From a virus, in IMG/VR virus record IMGVR_UViG_3300037493_002747, positions 1 through 64,000 of that record: a DNA stretch of 64,000 nucleotides. The stretch is one strand, 5' to 3'. Position numbers and translations under genes: made by a program. The notes beneath the pieces were generated by a model. It was not told the origin of the DNA, did not search any database, and was given only the letters and a program-made list of their open reading frames with translations. This document shows positions 28,107 through 39,600 of this stretch, piece by piece (position 1 is the first letter of the stretch; each line of letters opens with the position of its first letter).

Positions 28107-28403
28107 ATGGACTATTCACAAGAAATTGAAGAGATTGGCAGTTTGATTGTTTCGGCGGCATTGATTCTTGAAATTCGCCGAGAGGTCGCCACAGTAATGC
28201 GCGAAGGTTTTGTAGTTTCTGATGGGAATCATCATCCTCTTGGAGAAGGTTATGATGTAGTGGTAAAGTGTGGTAATACAGATCGTCCAGATGTATATCG
28301 GCGACTTCGAGGGAATATACAGGATGTTCATGTTGAGAAGATAGCTGAAGGTGTATTGGGGATTCGTTCGGCTCGAAGGATGCGTGGAATGAAGGGGATT
28401 TGA
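28107..28403 (+). CDS. hypothetical protein
   Basis: Compact packing. Confidence 0.55.
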   Translation: MDYSQEIEEIGSLIVSAALILEIRREVATVMREGFVVSDGNHHPLGEGYDVVVKCGNTDRPDVYRRLRGNIQDVHVEKIAEGVLGIRSARRMRGMKGI

Positions 28404-28404
28404 A

Positions 28405-29184
28405 ATGAGTGATATTAGCCCTAGCACTGGAGAGCAGTTTTACAGTGGGTCATGGCAGGACATTCAAGATGTATTGAGGGTTCTGAACATTGGTGAAGGC
28501 AAGATGTCTCAGGTCACTCAGCCGATGGTGAATCGGTATCAGGAGATGGTTGACCGGGATATTGATGCTCTTCTTAATGATACGTACCATACCCCGATTC
28601 GTTCGTTCAACATGGTGCAACCGACGATCAGTAGTACACCTGCTGTACCGGGCGGTTCGGTGAGTGGAGTGATTGCAATAACATCTGGAGTCAATTCTAT
28701 TACTGTATCTGGGGCGGGGTGGGTCTTTACCCCTACAACGGTTGTAGTTACGGTTACCATGCCTGCTGGCGGGGATCATATTTTTGCCACGGTGGATGAG
28801 AGTACGATTACAATGAATGGGTTTACGGCGCATTTGTCTGCTCCTACACCGGCATCTGGATATTCTTTGTCTTACATTGTTACGGCTGAAGCTATTCCTG
28901 GGTCATCTGTTCCAAGTACGGGAACACAGGTTCGGGTATTTCCGGGAGATGTTCGTAGGGCAGCTCGGTATTGGACGGCTGGACAGCTCTTAGTTAATGA
29001 GTTTCAACAGCTTGAATCCAATCTTACGGAACAGGCGACTCAGATGGTATCGGATGCTAGGATGCAGGTATATGCGTTTAGTCGTCCGAATCACAGGATT
29101 CCGGGACAAAGGAGAAAGAGTAATATATCACATTTTCTTCCGGCATCGTTGCAGCCATCAGCTTTTCCAGAGAGACCATCGTGA
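28405..29184 (+). CDS. head-tail connector-like protein with an inserted beta-domain
   Basis: IDALL..Y..P and P..VR.AA.Y..A helices flank a T/S/V-rich insert. Confidence 0.5.
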   Translation: MSDISPSTGEQFYSGSWQDIQDVLRVLNIGEGKMSQVTQPMVNRYQEMVDRDIDALLNDTYHTPIRSFNMVQPTISSTPAVPGGSVSGVIAITSGVNSITVSGAGWVFTPTTVVVTVTMPAGGDHIFATVDESTITMNGFTAHLSAPTPASGYSLSYIVTAEAIPGSSVPSTGTQVRVFPGDVRRAARYWTAGQLLVNEFQQLESNLTEQATQMVSDARMQVYAFSRPNHRIPGQRRKSNISHFLPASLQPSAFPERPS

Positions 29185-29194
29185 GGATTAACAT

Positions 29195-29524
29195 ATGAAT
29201 AGGATAGCCAGAGATATCCTTCAGGTTGCATCGGAACTTTTACCAAGGCTCAAGGTAACGTTCACTCGTACACCGAAGATTGAGGAACGAGATTTGACTT
29301 CTATTCATATCGACATTCAGAGATTCGTGACAACGCTGAGGAAGAATGAGGATTTGGAATGTCTTGTGTCGCGGAGGGATGATGACAAGGTTATGGAGAT
29401 CACCATTGGTTTTACGGATCATGAGGAGATGAAGGGCATCGTAGACAGTATGGAAGAAATGATCAAAAAACTTGGCAAGAAATCCAAAATAGATGTGAAT
29501 ATCGAACGGTCTTGCAAAAAGTGA
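29195..29524 (+). CDS. hypothetical protein (RIA leader)
   Basis: SD GAGG. Confidence 0.6.
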   Translation: MNRIARDILQVASELLPRLKVTFTRTPKIEERDLTSIHIDIQRFVTTLRKNEDLECLVSRRDDDKVMEITIGFTDHEEMKGIVDSMEEMIKKLGKKSKIDVNIERSCKK

Positions 29525-29669
29525 AGAAAAATCTGTAGAAAATGTACACTAGTTTGTATATCAATCACTATTGTCTGTGGTTTATGGATTAGGGGAATTC
29601 GACAATGGAGCAATGGGAACAATATAAGACAGAGATGAGAGGTGTTTTATCTATACAAATCCCTCAAAT

Positions 29670-30218
29670 TTGATTCAGACGCTGATTGGTCTTCTTGATC
29701 GTAATTCACCATCAATTAATCAGGTGGTCCGTGCATATCAAGGCAATCGTAAGTTGATGGTATTACCGGGGATGCGTAGGGTAGTACCTGCGGATGCCTA
29801 TCCTGTATTGGAGATTGAGCCTGGGGATGTCCCTAATCAGTGGGCAACGACTAGGGCACAGAGACCAAGATATCAATTTCGGTGTACTTTGACGGTGAAA
29901 GTGGATAAGGAGCAGTATGGGGTAGAGTATATTTGCACCTTGGGGACGACCATTGTGGAGATAATGACCAGTCCTGAGAATCTTCAAATGCCAGTGGTGA
30001 ATGAGACGAAGTGGGATTTAGTGGGAGGGCTCTGTCAGACATTTATATTGGACAGTTTGGTGGATTCGGCGAATTATTCGGCAGACAAGCAGGGATCGAT
30101 CAGAAAGGCAGAGTTCAATTGGTTTGCTTTAATCCATGAACCGTACCCGGAATCAAAGTGGAAAGTCAATAGTTCAAGTACTCCTACGGTGATTCGACCG
30201 ATCATTCTGTCATCGTAA
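29670..30218 (+). CDS. putative tail terminator/completion protein
   Basis: YPVLEI motif and position; true start may be further upstream. Confidence 0.45.
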   Translation: MIQTLIGLLDRNSPSINQVVRAYQGNRKLMVLPGMRRVVPADAYPVLEIEPGDVPNQWATTRAQRPRYQFRCTLTVKVDKEQYGVEYICTLGTTIVEIMTSPENLQMPVVNETKWDLVGGLCQTFILDSLVDSANYSADKQGSIRKAEFNWFALIHEPYPESKWKVNSSSTPTVIRPIILSS

Positions 30219-30251
30219 TAATTCTTTGATATTCAGACTATAGGTAGAGAC

Positions 30252-30479
30252 ATGAAAATAAGCAGTAGAACACTTAGGGATGAGATGACCCAGATCATCA
30301 AGACTGGTGATATCCCATACCAGTCTAATAGAAGGGCTGTAGAAGCATTTGACATTTATCGTGATGATGAGGAAGGTCGTCAAGAGTTGATTGCGATGCT
30401 TGAAGGGTTGGATGTTTTCATCATGAATTTGGAGATTATGGGATATGACTTCGAGACGGTTGCAAGGACGAGTGGGTAA
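30252..30479 (+). CDS. hypothetical protein
   Basis: Follows a TTCTTTGATA motif. Confidence 0.5.
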   Translation: MKISSRTLRDEMTQIIKTGDIPYQSNRRAVEAFDIYRDDEEGRQELIAMLEGLDVFIMNLEIMGYDFETVARTSG

Positions 30480-30510
30480 TCCATTCGTCAGACAAGGAAC
30501 GATACGGGAT

Positions 30511-30750
30511 ATGGCAGCCGTTGCGAAGAAACTCGCAATGATCCGTTCTGCCGTAGAAGAGGTTGAAAAGGCTGAAGACATGATATCGTCGTCGAATAAG
30601 GGATCGCGGGAGTGGAGCAAGGCGGTTGAGAAAATGAACTTGTCCGGTAAGAAGGGGCAGGAATGGTGTGGTGAGGCAGTTGCGATTTTGAATGGAGTAA
30701 AGAGGAAGTCCGAAGGGTATTTGAGGGGATTGCAGAATGCCGCTTATTGA
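30511..30750 (+). CDS. hypothetical protein
   Basis: Compact packing; start uncertain. Confidence 0.45.
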   Translation: MAAVAKKLAMIRSAVEEVEKAEDMISSSNKGSREWSKAVEKMNLSGKKGQEWCGEAVAILNGVKRKSEGYLRGLQNAAY

Positions 30751-31534
30751 TACAACTACGTTGTTGAAGGTTGCAGATAGGGCTGCTTATCAGTATGGCC
30801 AGCTTCAGGATACTTGTACCGCAATTCAGGCGGAAGGCAATGGGTATTACTTCGATATCGTTTCGGCTACGGAAGACCCCGATGTTGAAATCCCTTGTGA
30901 TTCTGAGTATTACGACGTTGATGAGGATTTTAACGTTGGATTCATGGTTGCGTATGGCACAAGATTGTCGAATATTTTGGGTGCAATGGAGGCTCATTTC
31001 AGCCGGGATAATGGGTCGGGATTACCATTACAGGTAGGTGGTTGGGATGGTTACCTGACAGCGAAGAATAAGCGTGTAAGCTACTACTTTGCTCAGTTGT
31101 TTTTTGCAACACATGGGTTTTATATGCTTGCGAATGATGTGTTTTCGGAGAGTGTGGACCAGTTTGCTAGGTTACAGGTTACTACTGGACCTGTTTTGAC
31201 ATATACAGATGGAGTGAATTACGGAACTGGGGCAGCGGCAAACCCCGCGAATGGAACATTCTATGCTGCTACGCAATTGAAAGTGGTCGTGACAACGATG
31301 GGAGCGACACAGTTGGATGTTCGTTTATCCGTAAAGGACCTCAACAACAACTTGGCGACTATTGATGTTACGATTCCAGGAGGATCACTGCCGGGAGCAG
31401 AGATTCCTATTGGTACGACGACTGATCGGTTTCTTGATGTGACTGCGGCGATTTTCAAGCCAGCGGGTTCAACAGGGACGGTCGGAGATGATATAAATGT
31501 GATGAACTTAAAAGAGCGACAGATTGCTTTGTAA
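30737..31534 (+). CDS. putative virion structural protein
   Basis: SD GAGGGG; context. Confidence 0.55.
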   Translation: MPLIDTTTLLKVADRAAYQYGQLQDTCTAIQAEGNGYYFDIVSATEDPDVEIPCDSEYYDVDEDFNVGFMVAYGTRLSNILGAMEAHFSRDNGSGLPLQVGGWDGYLTAKNKRVSYYFAQLFFATHGFYMLANDVFSESVDQFARLQVTTGPVLTYTDGVNYGTGAAANPANGTFYAATQLKVVVTTMGATQLDVRLSVKDLNNNLATIDVTIPGGSLPGAEIPIGTTTDRFLDVTAAIFKPAGSTGTVGDDINVMNLKERQIAL

Positions 31535-31633
31535 TCCCGTCATTATTCCTTTATATTCTATCATGTATAGAGTGGCAGGAGTTAGATCGGAAAGAAACCG
31601 AGATGTTGCTGAGGAACAAAGGAGGATACTAAT

Positions 31634-32972
31634 ATGGGTATGGGTTAAGATTAGCCCATCTTAAATCTTCTCTGATTGACTCGGAAGGCCAAGAGTGGGC
31701 TGACGAGGCGGAAGGCGAAAGCCACCGTGAACGACTGAGCGAGAAGACCGTCTACGGACGGATGCAACAGTCTGCTCTCCCGCAATAACTCAAGATGAAA
31801 CGGGAGAGGGAAATCCGAAGAGATTTCCCCGCCATCGAAAGATGGTCAGTAGGTCGCAAGACTGAAGTAACAGCAATAGGTATCAAGGCTACGCGAAATT
31901 TTACAAGACTGGTCCATCAACTGATCCACTGGTTGTGTTGGCAACTGGCGCAAGCGTCAATCTGGTGTTGGAGCCAATTATGTCAACGGCAGTGTGGGGT
32001 GCTGGCTGGTATAACGCGGCAGATGCTGCGCACTATGCTGACAACGCGGTGCGTTATGAGGGAAGTATTGATCTTGAACTTCAGATGGGTGCTTCAGGAA
32101 ACTTCTGGAATTTCTTGCATCAGTTCATTGTGACAAATCGGGCATATCCTAGGTCATTGGAAATCAGTCCGGATGGAGCACACGTTTACAAGTATCTGAC
32201 GACTGGTGCCTATGATGCCAACTATGACACGAAGGGTGCATGGTGTCGTTCGGCTAACTTCTCGACATCGGAAGGTTCGTTTGTTACTTGCTCTCTTGGT
32301 GTTGTGGCTATTTTCAGAACTGAGGGCGATCCAGCAGGTGGAACAAGCTATTCGAGTTACAGTTACATCAAGCAGGTCAAGGGCGTAATTGCGTCTGACT
32401 GCACGGTGTTGTCTAAAACGAATCCGTTAAACCCGTCTGGTAACAATGTTGATCCAATCCCTTACTGGAGGTCTAATGCTCAGTTGGGTGTTGGTACATA
32501 TCCGGGGCCTTTTGGAAGTGTGACACTGCCTCAGACTGGAACGGAGACGGTCGATTGGAGTATTGATGTCTCTAACAATGAGAAGATTCTGTACACTTGC
32601 TCTGGCAGTCGTCTGCCTCGTGCGGTGTTGATGGGTGCTATGAGTGTTGATGGAAACGTGACTCTCTATCACCCGAATGGTGTGTTCGACCCGATTCTTG
32701 GACCTTCTGGTACAGGAACAATTACTTCTCCGTACTCCAGAGCTGAGAATACATGGTTCCAAGTGGGTATCAACTATGGTTCGGGAACGGCATACATCGA
32801 AATTCCAGCAGCCCTTATCAGCAGTGATACATACAACATTCAGGGAGCCGATTCGATTACGAATCGTGCGTTCTCGATCAAGGGGTTGGGTGGAAGGTGC
32901 GACGGAACGACGACACTTCCTCCATGTATCATCTCTGACTACGCTGGTGCATTGCCAACTCCTCCAACCTGA
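31634..32972 (+). CDS. tail tube-like protein, spliced join(31634..31645,31881..32972), 367 aa
   Basis: SD AAAGGAGG; splicing gives MGMGYQGYAKF, matching paralog MALGYEGYVKI. Confidence 0.75.
31646..31880 (+). mobile_element. group I intron (235 nt, no ORF)
   Basis: P1 ATGGGT/GCCCAT with U-G at the 5' splice site; P7 GACTG/CAGTC in R/S-like elements; terminal G; removal restores the frame. Confidence 0.85.
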
Positions 32973-32984
32973 TATGGGGGCAAG

Positions 32985-33872
32985 ATGGCTCTTGGATATG
33001 AGGGGTACGTCAAAATTGGCGACAAGTATGCTCTTGGGACGGGAACAGCCGTTCCAAGGGCACGTACCCGCATAACTTCTCAGGGTGCTTACGGCGGCGA
33101 GATAAATACACCTGTTGATGAAATAGGGCTATGGGGTCCTAGAGTATATGACTGGGAGGTCTTTGACGGATCAGTGAATTTCGAGATTACCAAGGATATG
33201 TTCTCCTTGCTCAAGGCGTGGGTACTGGACAGGGATAGTCAGAAGGATATCCTGTTTTCGACCCGGAAGGACAATGAACAAAAGTTCGTTGATACATTCT
33301 GGAATTCCATATCGATTTCAGCCGCTGAAGGTTCCTTATTGGATGGTTCTCTTGGGTTCGTGGCTATGGATCGGGACACTTACTCCTATGGGGCGCAAGG
33401 CATAGATAGTTATCCTGGGAATGTGAAAGGCAAGGGGTTGTTATGTACGTTGGCGACGGGAATGCCAGCTCCATTAAATGTTAGTGGTGAAAATTACAAT
33501 CCGATTCCTTCATGGTATTCTAAGATTACACTGGGTGTAGAGGTATACGACTTTCTTGCTTGGACGTTGAATTTCTCACAAGACGTGGTGAAATTTTTTG
33601 CTTGTACCGGGGTACAAGGGCCACAGGCACCTGCGTATGTTGGGGTGGGGCCGATGTCGGTAACATTTGGTGGGTCTTGGATGTGGTTAGACAAAGATGC
33701 TCAAACCAGTTTCCCGGCTGATGATGTTACCGATTTGAAGGTAGAGGTGGCGGATACGAGTATGAGTTTCAAGACTTTGGAGTTACAGAGTATTTCTGAT
33801 GATGTACAATCTATGGATTCGACAACGCCGGTACAGATGGAGTATGCTATCTACGAGTTGCAGTCTACATAG
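32985..33872 (+). CDS. tail tube-like protein (paralog 2)
   Basis: LGYxG start; GSVNFE and EGS motifs shared with neighbours. Confidence 0.55.
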   Translation: MALGYEGYVKIGDKYALGTGTAVPRARTRITSQGAYGGEINTPVDEIGLWGPRVYDWEVFDGSVNFEITKDMFSLLKAWVLDRDSQKDILFSTRKDNEQKFVDTFWNSISISAAEGSLLDGSLGFVAMDRDTYSYGAQGIDSYPGNVKGKGLLCTLATGMPAPLNVSGENYNPIPSWYSKITLGVEVYDFLAWTLNFSQDVVKFFACTGVQGPQAPAYVGVGPMSVTFGGSWMWLDKDAQTSFPADDVTDLKVEVADTSMSFKTLELQSISDDVQSMDSTTPVQMEYAIYELQST

Positions 33873-33998
33873 TCGAAGACGAATTCGGGCGAAAGCTCGG
33901 TAGTATGGAAAAACCGAAGATGAAAGATGGGCGCAGATGCACGGGTGTTTTTTGATACCATTGGTGTACTGCGTTTTTTGTTTTAATGGAGACGTTTT

Positions 33999-34490
33999 AT
34001 GGCGATAGTACAAGCAAAACAGCAAGATAGTCAGAAGACTGCCGGTACAGAACAGTCTCGTGTCGACGAGAGATTGATGAAGCCGGGAAAGTTTGAAATC
34101 ACCAAGGAAACGACTTTTACGGTTATGATTCATGCTAAGGAGAAGGATGGTCGCTGGATCATAATGAATGGTCCGGGTAAGGGTATTGAGAGCAATAGCA
34201 TAATCTTCAGGATGTGGACTTACGACGAGATGATAGAAATGCGCAAAATGGCGACAAACTATGATTCTCAAAAGAGAGTTCACATGATTGATAACGATGT
34301 CTTGAACAGACTAAAGATACAGAGGCTTATGGTGTCTTGGACATTCGATACTGACAACCCGAGACTAAGGATACAGCATGTGAATGGAGTAATGACAGAT
34401 GAGAGCTGGAAGGCTTTTGCGAGTCTACAGCCAAACATTTCTTCATACATAATTGACGAGATCAACAAGGTTTATGAATTCAACGGCTGA
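33999..34490 (+). CDS. putative tail assembly chaperone
   Basis: Lies between tube and tape-measure genes; L.SW motif. Confidence 0.5.
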   Translation: MAIVQAKQQDSQKTAGTEQSRVDERLMKPGKFEITKETTFTVMIHAKEKDGRWIIMNGPGKGIESNSIIFRMWTYDEMIEMRKMATNYDSQKRVHMIDNDVLNRLKIQRLMVSWTFDTDNPRLRIQHVNGVMTDESWKAFASLQPNISSYIIDEINKVYEFNG

Positions 34491-35232
34491 ACAGAATGCT
34501 CGCAAGAATTGTGCGGAGTTGTATGACCCTAACCGTGTTATGGTTCGGGTTAGGACTTCACGACGTTATGGATGTTGTTTACCGGACGAGGGTGGGAATG
34601 AAGAGCATGTTGCTGTTTTCGCTACGATGACATTTGGAGATAACTATGCCATCGATAAGGCGATAACCTATGAGGTAGAGGTTGGAGAAGCGTTCGGTAC
34701 TGGCAGGAAGATCAAGGCACATGTAACAGACATCAATGAGTACAAGCGATTGGTAGTAAAAAAGAACCTTCTTTCGTGGAGTTTGGATGTGCCGATTGAG
34801 AGAGATCCGTCAGGATGGATGACGCCAGAAAGTTATGCGCGGGTATCATCTGTTCCAGGGCCTCTTATGGAAGCATTTGTTAGGAAGTACGAGGAATCGG
34901 TGGAGGTATCAGACGAAGAGGAAGAGCGCATATCGAGACAGTGTGCGGTATTATTCTCGAAGACCTCACATGGCGTATCAGATGCTTGTGAGGCTGTTAG
35001 CAGATTTTGTACGTTGGGAAATTTCTCTGAGAAGTTTGGTATCAACAGGGAGGCTTTGCCAAGGATGCCTTACAAGGAGTTCTTGCTGTTGAAGATTATG
35101 ATCGCAAAGGAGTCAGATTCGTTGAAGTCTTCACAGCCTAAGACAAGCCCTAGTAGTGTCATAGGAGCTGGTGGAAGGGCAAAGCCTAGTCGTGGGATAA
35201 GGATTCCGATGCCAGGATCGGATGGTGGATAA
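34474..35232 (+). CDS. putative tail assembly chaperone-like protein
   Basis: LLSWSLD motif; context. Confidence 0.45.
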   Translation: MNSTAEQNARKNCAELYDPNRVMVRVRTSRRYGCCLPDEGGNEEHVAVFATMTFGDNYAIDKAITYEVEVGEAFGTGRKIKAHVTDINEYKRLVVKKNLLSWSLDVPIERDPSGWMTPESYARVSSVPGPLMEAFVRKYEESVEVSDEEEERISRQCAVLFSKTSHGVSDACEAVSRFCTLGNFSEKFGINREALPRMPYKEFLLLKIMIAKESDSLKSSQPKTSPSSVIGAGGRAKPSRGIRIPMPGSDGG

Positions 35233-36020
35233 TGATATCTGTAAAGAAAAAGTTGGGTTATGGTGGTTCGGCAACTATCGGTACCCACCAAGTGTTGATA
35301 ACATCTGGTGGGTTTGAAAAGGCAGTTTCCATACCATACCTCAACATGATTAACACTCCACCGGATACTACATTCGCTGGCAGGGTAAAGCACGCTGATG
35401 GAACTAATGGTTATACTGGTTCGTTGTCATTTGATGTTTACGATGATACACTATCTCTTTTCGAGACTACGGACGGTCTTTTGGAGCGGTATTACGAGTT
35501 CGATATTGGGATTAATGACGGAGAGAATGATTGGAAGATGGAGGCTTGTAAGCTGACTTCGATGACGATTTCAGGATCGGCGGGTGGGTTGGTGAGTGCT
35601 CAGATTTCATTTTTGGCCAAGAGTGGGAAGGTTGCGGGATCGACGACGAATGATTTTATCAGGGATGATGCTCCTCTAGGGTATTGGTATACTGGAACAG
35701 GTGATGCTAATGACAAGGTGAAGGATTGGAGTCTGGCGATGACTCAAGAGGCAAGCATAGTCTACAAGAATGAAGACAGTATGGAACCGGCCTATATTAA
35801 GGTGGGACTGGTGATATATGTTCTTTCGATAACATCATTTACTGAAATAACGACACCAAGTCAGATAAAGATATCTACAAAGAATTTCACGTTGACGGGA
35901 GACACAACGGGAATGGGGTACGCTCCTGGCGGACTCACAGATCTAGGGACGTATAGTTATACGTTCGAGACAAGTGCTCAGAGTAGTGATGCGGTATCGG
36001 ATGCTCTCGTGATAACATAA
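35232..36020 (+). CDS. tail tube-like protein (paralog 3)
   Basis: LGYGG start; GSLSFD. Confidence 0.5.
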   Translation: MISVKKKLGYGGSATIGTHQVLITSGGFEKAVSIPYLNMINTPPDTTFAGRVKHADGTNGYTGSLSFDVYDDTLSLFETTDGLLERYYEFDIGINDGENDWKMEACKLTSMTISGSAGGLVSAQISFLAKSGKVAGSTTNDFIRDDAPLGYWYTGTGDANDKVKDWSLAMTQEASIVYKNEDSMEPAYIKVGLVIYVLSITSFTEITTPSQIKISTKNFTLTGDTTGMGYAPGGLTDLGTYSYTFETSAQSSDAVSDALVIT

Positions 36021-36042
36021 TCGCGAGGGGGAAAAGGATAAT

Positions 36043-36654
36043 ATGGACAATGACACAGTAGGAACGGATAAAGAGGTAGTAGTGACAGTTCAGCCAGTGG
36101 TTGATCCAGATGCTGAGAAGCGTAGTGGAGTTCAGGAAATGGTTCAGAATGCTGAGGCGATTGTGGTTGCGAAGGAGAAGCCGGAGACGGAGAAGCCTGC
36201 TGCTAGACCTTCATTCTTCGTAAATAAATCAGTCAGACATATCGTGAAGATGGATGTTTTGACGGGTAAGGACGATGGTCGGGTAGTCAGTGTGTCGAAG
36301 TCTGGACTGGGGATCAACTTTGAGGCAGATTTCCCGTTCATGGTTCATACAGAGTTGATTTTCGAGTTTTCCATACCAAACTATGAAGATATGAGCACAT
36401 ATCGGCAGCGTAGTTCAGTGTATCGTCGGGAATCAGAGAAGATGATGGTGGACAAGCTCCAGCTCAGGAATTTCATGTTGATATGGCATCTGAAGGATTG
36501 GAATCTGACGGATGAGAATGGTAAGAAGATTGTTCTGTCGTTTGATTCAAATGGATCTATGTCAGAGGAATCTATTGCCGTGGTATATGCAATGTCGCCT
36601 ACATTGCTGGATGTCGTGATGACGGTATACGAAAAAGACATCCTGCTGACCTAA
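36043..36654 (+). CDS. putative tail assembly chaperone
   Basis: LKDWNLTDENG motif; directly before the tape measure gene. Confidence 0.55.
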   Translation: MDNDTVGTDKEVVVTVQPVVDPDAEKRSGVQEMVQNAEAIVVAKEKPETEKPAARPSFFVNKSVRHIVKMDVLTGKDDGRVVSVSKSGLGINFEADFPFMVHTELIFEFSIPNYEDMSTYRQRSSVYRRESEKMMVDKLQLRNFMLIWHLKDWNLTDENGKKIVLSFDSNGSMSEESIAVVYAMSPTLLDVVMTVYEKDILLT

Positions 36655-36673
36655 TAGGTGGTAGGAGGGGAAA

Positions 36674-39600
36674 ATGCCCTTTAGTACAGAAGAACTTGCC
36701 AAGAAGTTTGGCGATAGTGCCGAAGACGTTAAGAAGAGCCTTGAGGGAATGCTCGGGGCTGCTGACGACGTTGACAAGGTATTTGAAAAGATGACAGAGC
36801 GACAGGAAGCTGCCGCTCAGATTCAGGACAAGTTTGCGAAGGCTTTGGCTTCATCGTCAAAGTCTTTGACTGGCATTGGGCATTCTGGGATATCGGCGGC
36901 ACGGGGAATAAAGACCATTGATTCTGTATCTAGGTCTGCTGCATCATCTTTGGGTTCTCTGGGTATTGGAGCAGTCTCCGCTGTCGCCGGGTTCAAGGCA
37001 TTATCATCTGGTGCATCATCTTTCTCGTCAGATATTGAGAACACTGAGAAAAGCATTGCTGGTCTCGTTAAGGGTATAGGAGGTCTGGAAGCGAAACTCG
37101 GTGGCCTCAAGGCGGCATCTGTCTCGGTTGATGTTGTGATTGGAAGTCTTTCAGCATTGGATGACTTTGAGAAAAGAATCAAGGCGTTGCCTCAGAACGT
37201 GTCTGTAAATGTTTCTACTGGAGCTGCGGCTAAAACCGGGGCAGGAGCGGCATCGGCATCGGCAGGAGCGGCATCGGCGAAAGCAATGGCTAATGCGGCG
37301 GCTAAAGCAATGGCATCCAGAAAAACTCCTGCCTCAGCGGGAACATTGAGTGCGGCGATGTGGGGTGGACCTAATGCTGCCAAGAAAGCGGGGAGACTTT
37401 CCGGTGAATATGGAGGAAAGGCATTCGCAGAAAATTATGCTGAACAAGTAGCTAAGAACATTCGGAGTAAGTCGATCAAGTCAATGAAGGATAAGATGAC
37501 TTTGATGGCAGACGATACCGAGAAAATTAAGACTCCTGAAGGGAAGAAGAAGTATGTCGAATTGGCGGTAAAGATTGGCAAAAAGGGAGAAGTGTCGGAA
37601 ATTTTGGACGAGCTGAGTGACAATCAATCTAAGCTCTTCAAAAGGAATGTTGGCAAGATGGGCATGGAAAAGGCGATAGACAGTCTTATCGCCAAAACTC
37701 CAATTTTGGCTCTGCGTGTGAAGAAGGCGATGTCGGAAGCGGCGGAGGCTGCGGAAGAGGCAATTTCTCCATTTAAGAGACTTGAGGATCAAGTCAACAG
37801 TGAAGCAAAGACTTTCAAGGAGTTCATTTCACAAAATGTTGCTAAGGGTGGGGTGGAGTTCGGAGAGTTCGCAGGAGGATTGACGAAGAGTGCAACAGGG
37901 ATGTTTGCGGTTGGACTCGCTGCTGCATTTGTGGCAACGAAGATTTCTGAAATGGCTGAGAAATATGCGAATTACGCTTCTGAACTTGCCAAATATCGGG
38001 TAGAGACATCCGCATTGGAAGATACGATTGCCGGATTGGGTAAAAACGGGTTAGAGCCGTTACGTAAAGAACTTGGTCTTACTCGTGACCAAGCTGCTGA
38101 TTTCTACCAAGTTCTCAAGACTGGTGTGAATGAGCTTGGAATGAGTCCAGGGAAAATCATGGAGGTTTCCAAGGCACTGAGTGATACTTTTGGTGGAGAC
38201 CAAACAGCAAGGTTGAAGCAGTATGTTGATTTGCTCAAGGAGATTCCAACTATTGATGCGGACTTGAGCATTACGGCCAGCATGGATGATCAGGCAGCAT
38301 CGATTTACGCTTTGGCCAAAAGTGGTAAGATGGATGTGGTAATGGATTTACAGTCTGCTGGATTGTTTGGAGGGAAACAGGAAAGGAAAGAAGGAGCGGA
38401 CCTCGCTGATTCCAATCAAGCAGTTGCAAAAAACACAGAGGCCATTAAGGATTTCTTAACTGGATCATTATTTGGAACATGGACTCCGTATCTTGTTGCA
38501 TTGACGCAAGGTGTTTCTGCTCTTGTTGCAGCATTTGTGTCAGGATTAGCGATATGGGGAGGAATGAAAGCAGTACAGGGCGTATTCAAAACAGCTAGTA
38601 TTGCTACGATGTGGGCAACATGTAAAGCGATGGTTGCTGCAATACTTAGTTCTAAATCTGGCGGTAGGGGAAGAACTGGCAAGGGAGCTGTCAAGGGGGC
38701 TGTCAAGGGGGCATCGACGACAGCGGCCAAGGCAGCGGCCAAGGCAGTAGGGAGTAAGGCTGCGGCTACGGTGGCTACAACAGCTTCTAAAAAGGTTGCG
38801 ACGACAGCAGCTAAATCCGCCATATCACTTTCAAAATTTGGAGGTATCGCAGCTAAAATTGGTCCAAAATTGTTAGGAATTGGTCTTGCAGTAGTTGGAG
38901 TCGAGTTGGCTTGTGGTATGGCAGCAGACAAACTGGAAGAGACTGGTAAAACAGCAGCAGCGGCTGGAACTAGGATCGCTGGCAGTGCGGCAAGTATCGC
39001 AGGATTTGCACTTACCGGGGCTACTATTGGTGGGGCTATTGGGCTACTCGGAGGTCCCTTGGCGGCAGTTACTGCCACGGCTGGAGCAGTAGTTGGTGCA
39101 TTGGTTGGATTGGCAGTTGAGGCTAAAACTCTGTATAAGTCATTCAAGACTTTGGGTGTGTCGGCTTGGGAATATATTAAGAAATTCGGGTCGAGCAAGA
39201 AGTCTGAACCGACAACAGCATTGGGAAAGGCAGCAATTGAATTAAACGCGCAACTAATAGAAGAGCATGCGAAGATGGCTAAGTCTGGGATGGCCCTAGA
39301 ACAGTCTATGAACAGATTGAAGGCGGCTGTTAATAGTGCCAAGTTTGAATTCCTAGAGTTGAGTGCAAGACTTTCTAAGATTCAACTAAAAAACATTGGA
39401 GAAATTGGCGGTTCAATGGCGGGATTCACAAGTGCGATGCAGAAAGGTGAAGATGCCGCCAGGAAGATATTTAACGAGAAAAAGGCAGTAAATGAAGCAG
39501 AGCGTAAGAGAATCATGGGTAGTACGGATATGCAACCGGACCAGCGTCAATCTGCATATGATACTGTTCGAGAAGCAGAATTGAAGGCAGCCAATGATTT

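Noticed and set aside
31795-32133. 112-aa ORF as an intron-encoded protein
   Set aside because: Starts in the intron 3' part and runs out of frame over exon 2; no nuclease motifs
34440-34490. Programmed -1 frameshift between tail chaperones (lambda G/GT type)
   Set aside because: No X XXY YYZ slippery site seen; the downstream ORF is in the +1 frame and has its own ATG
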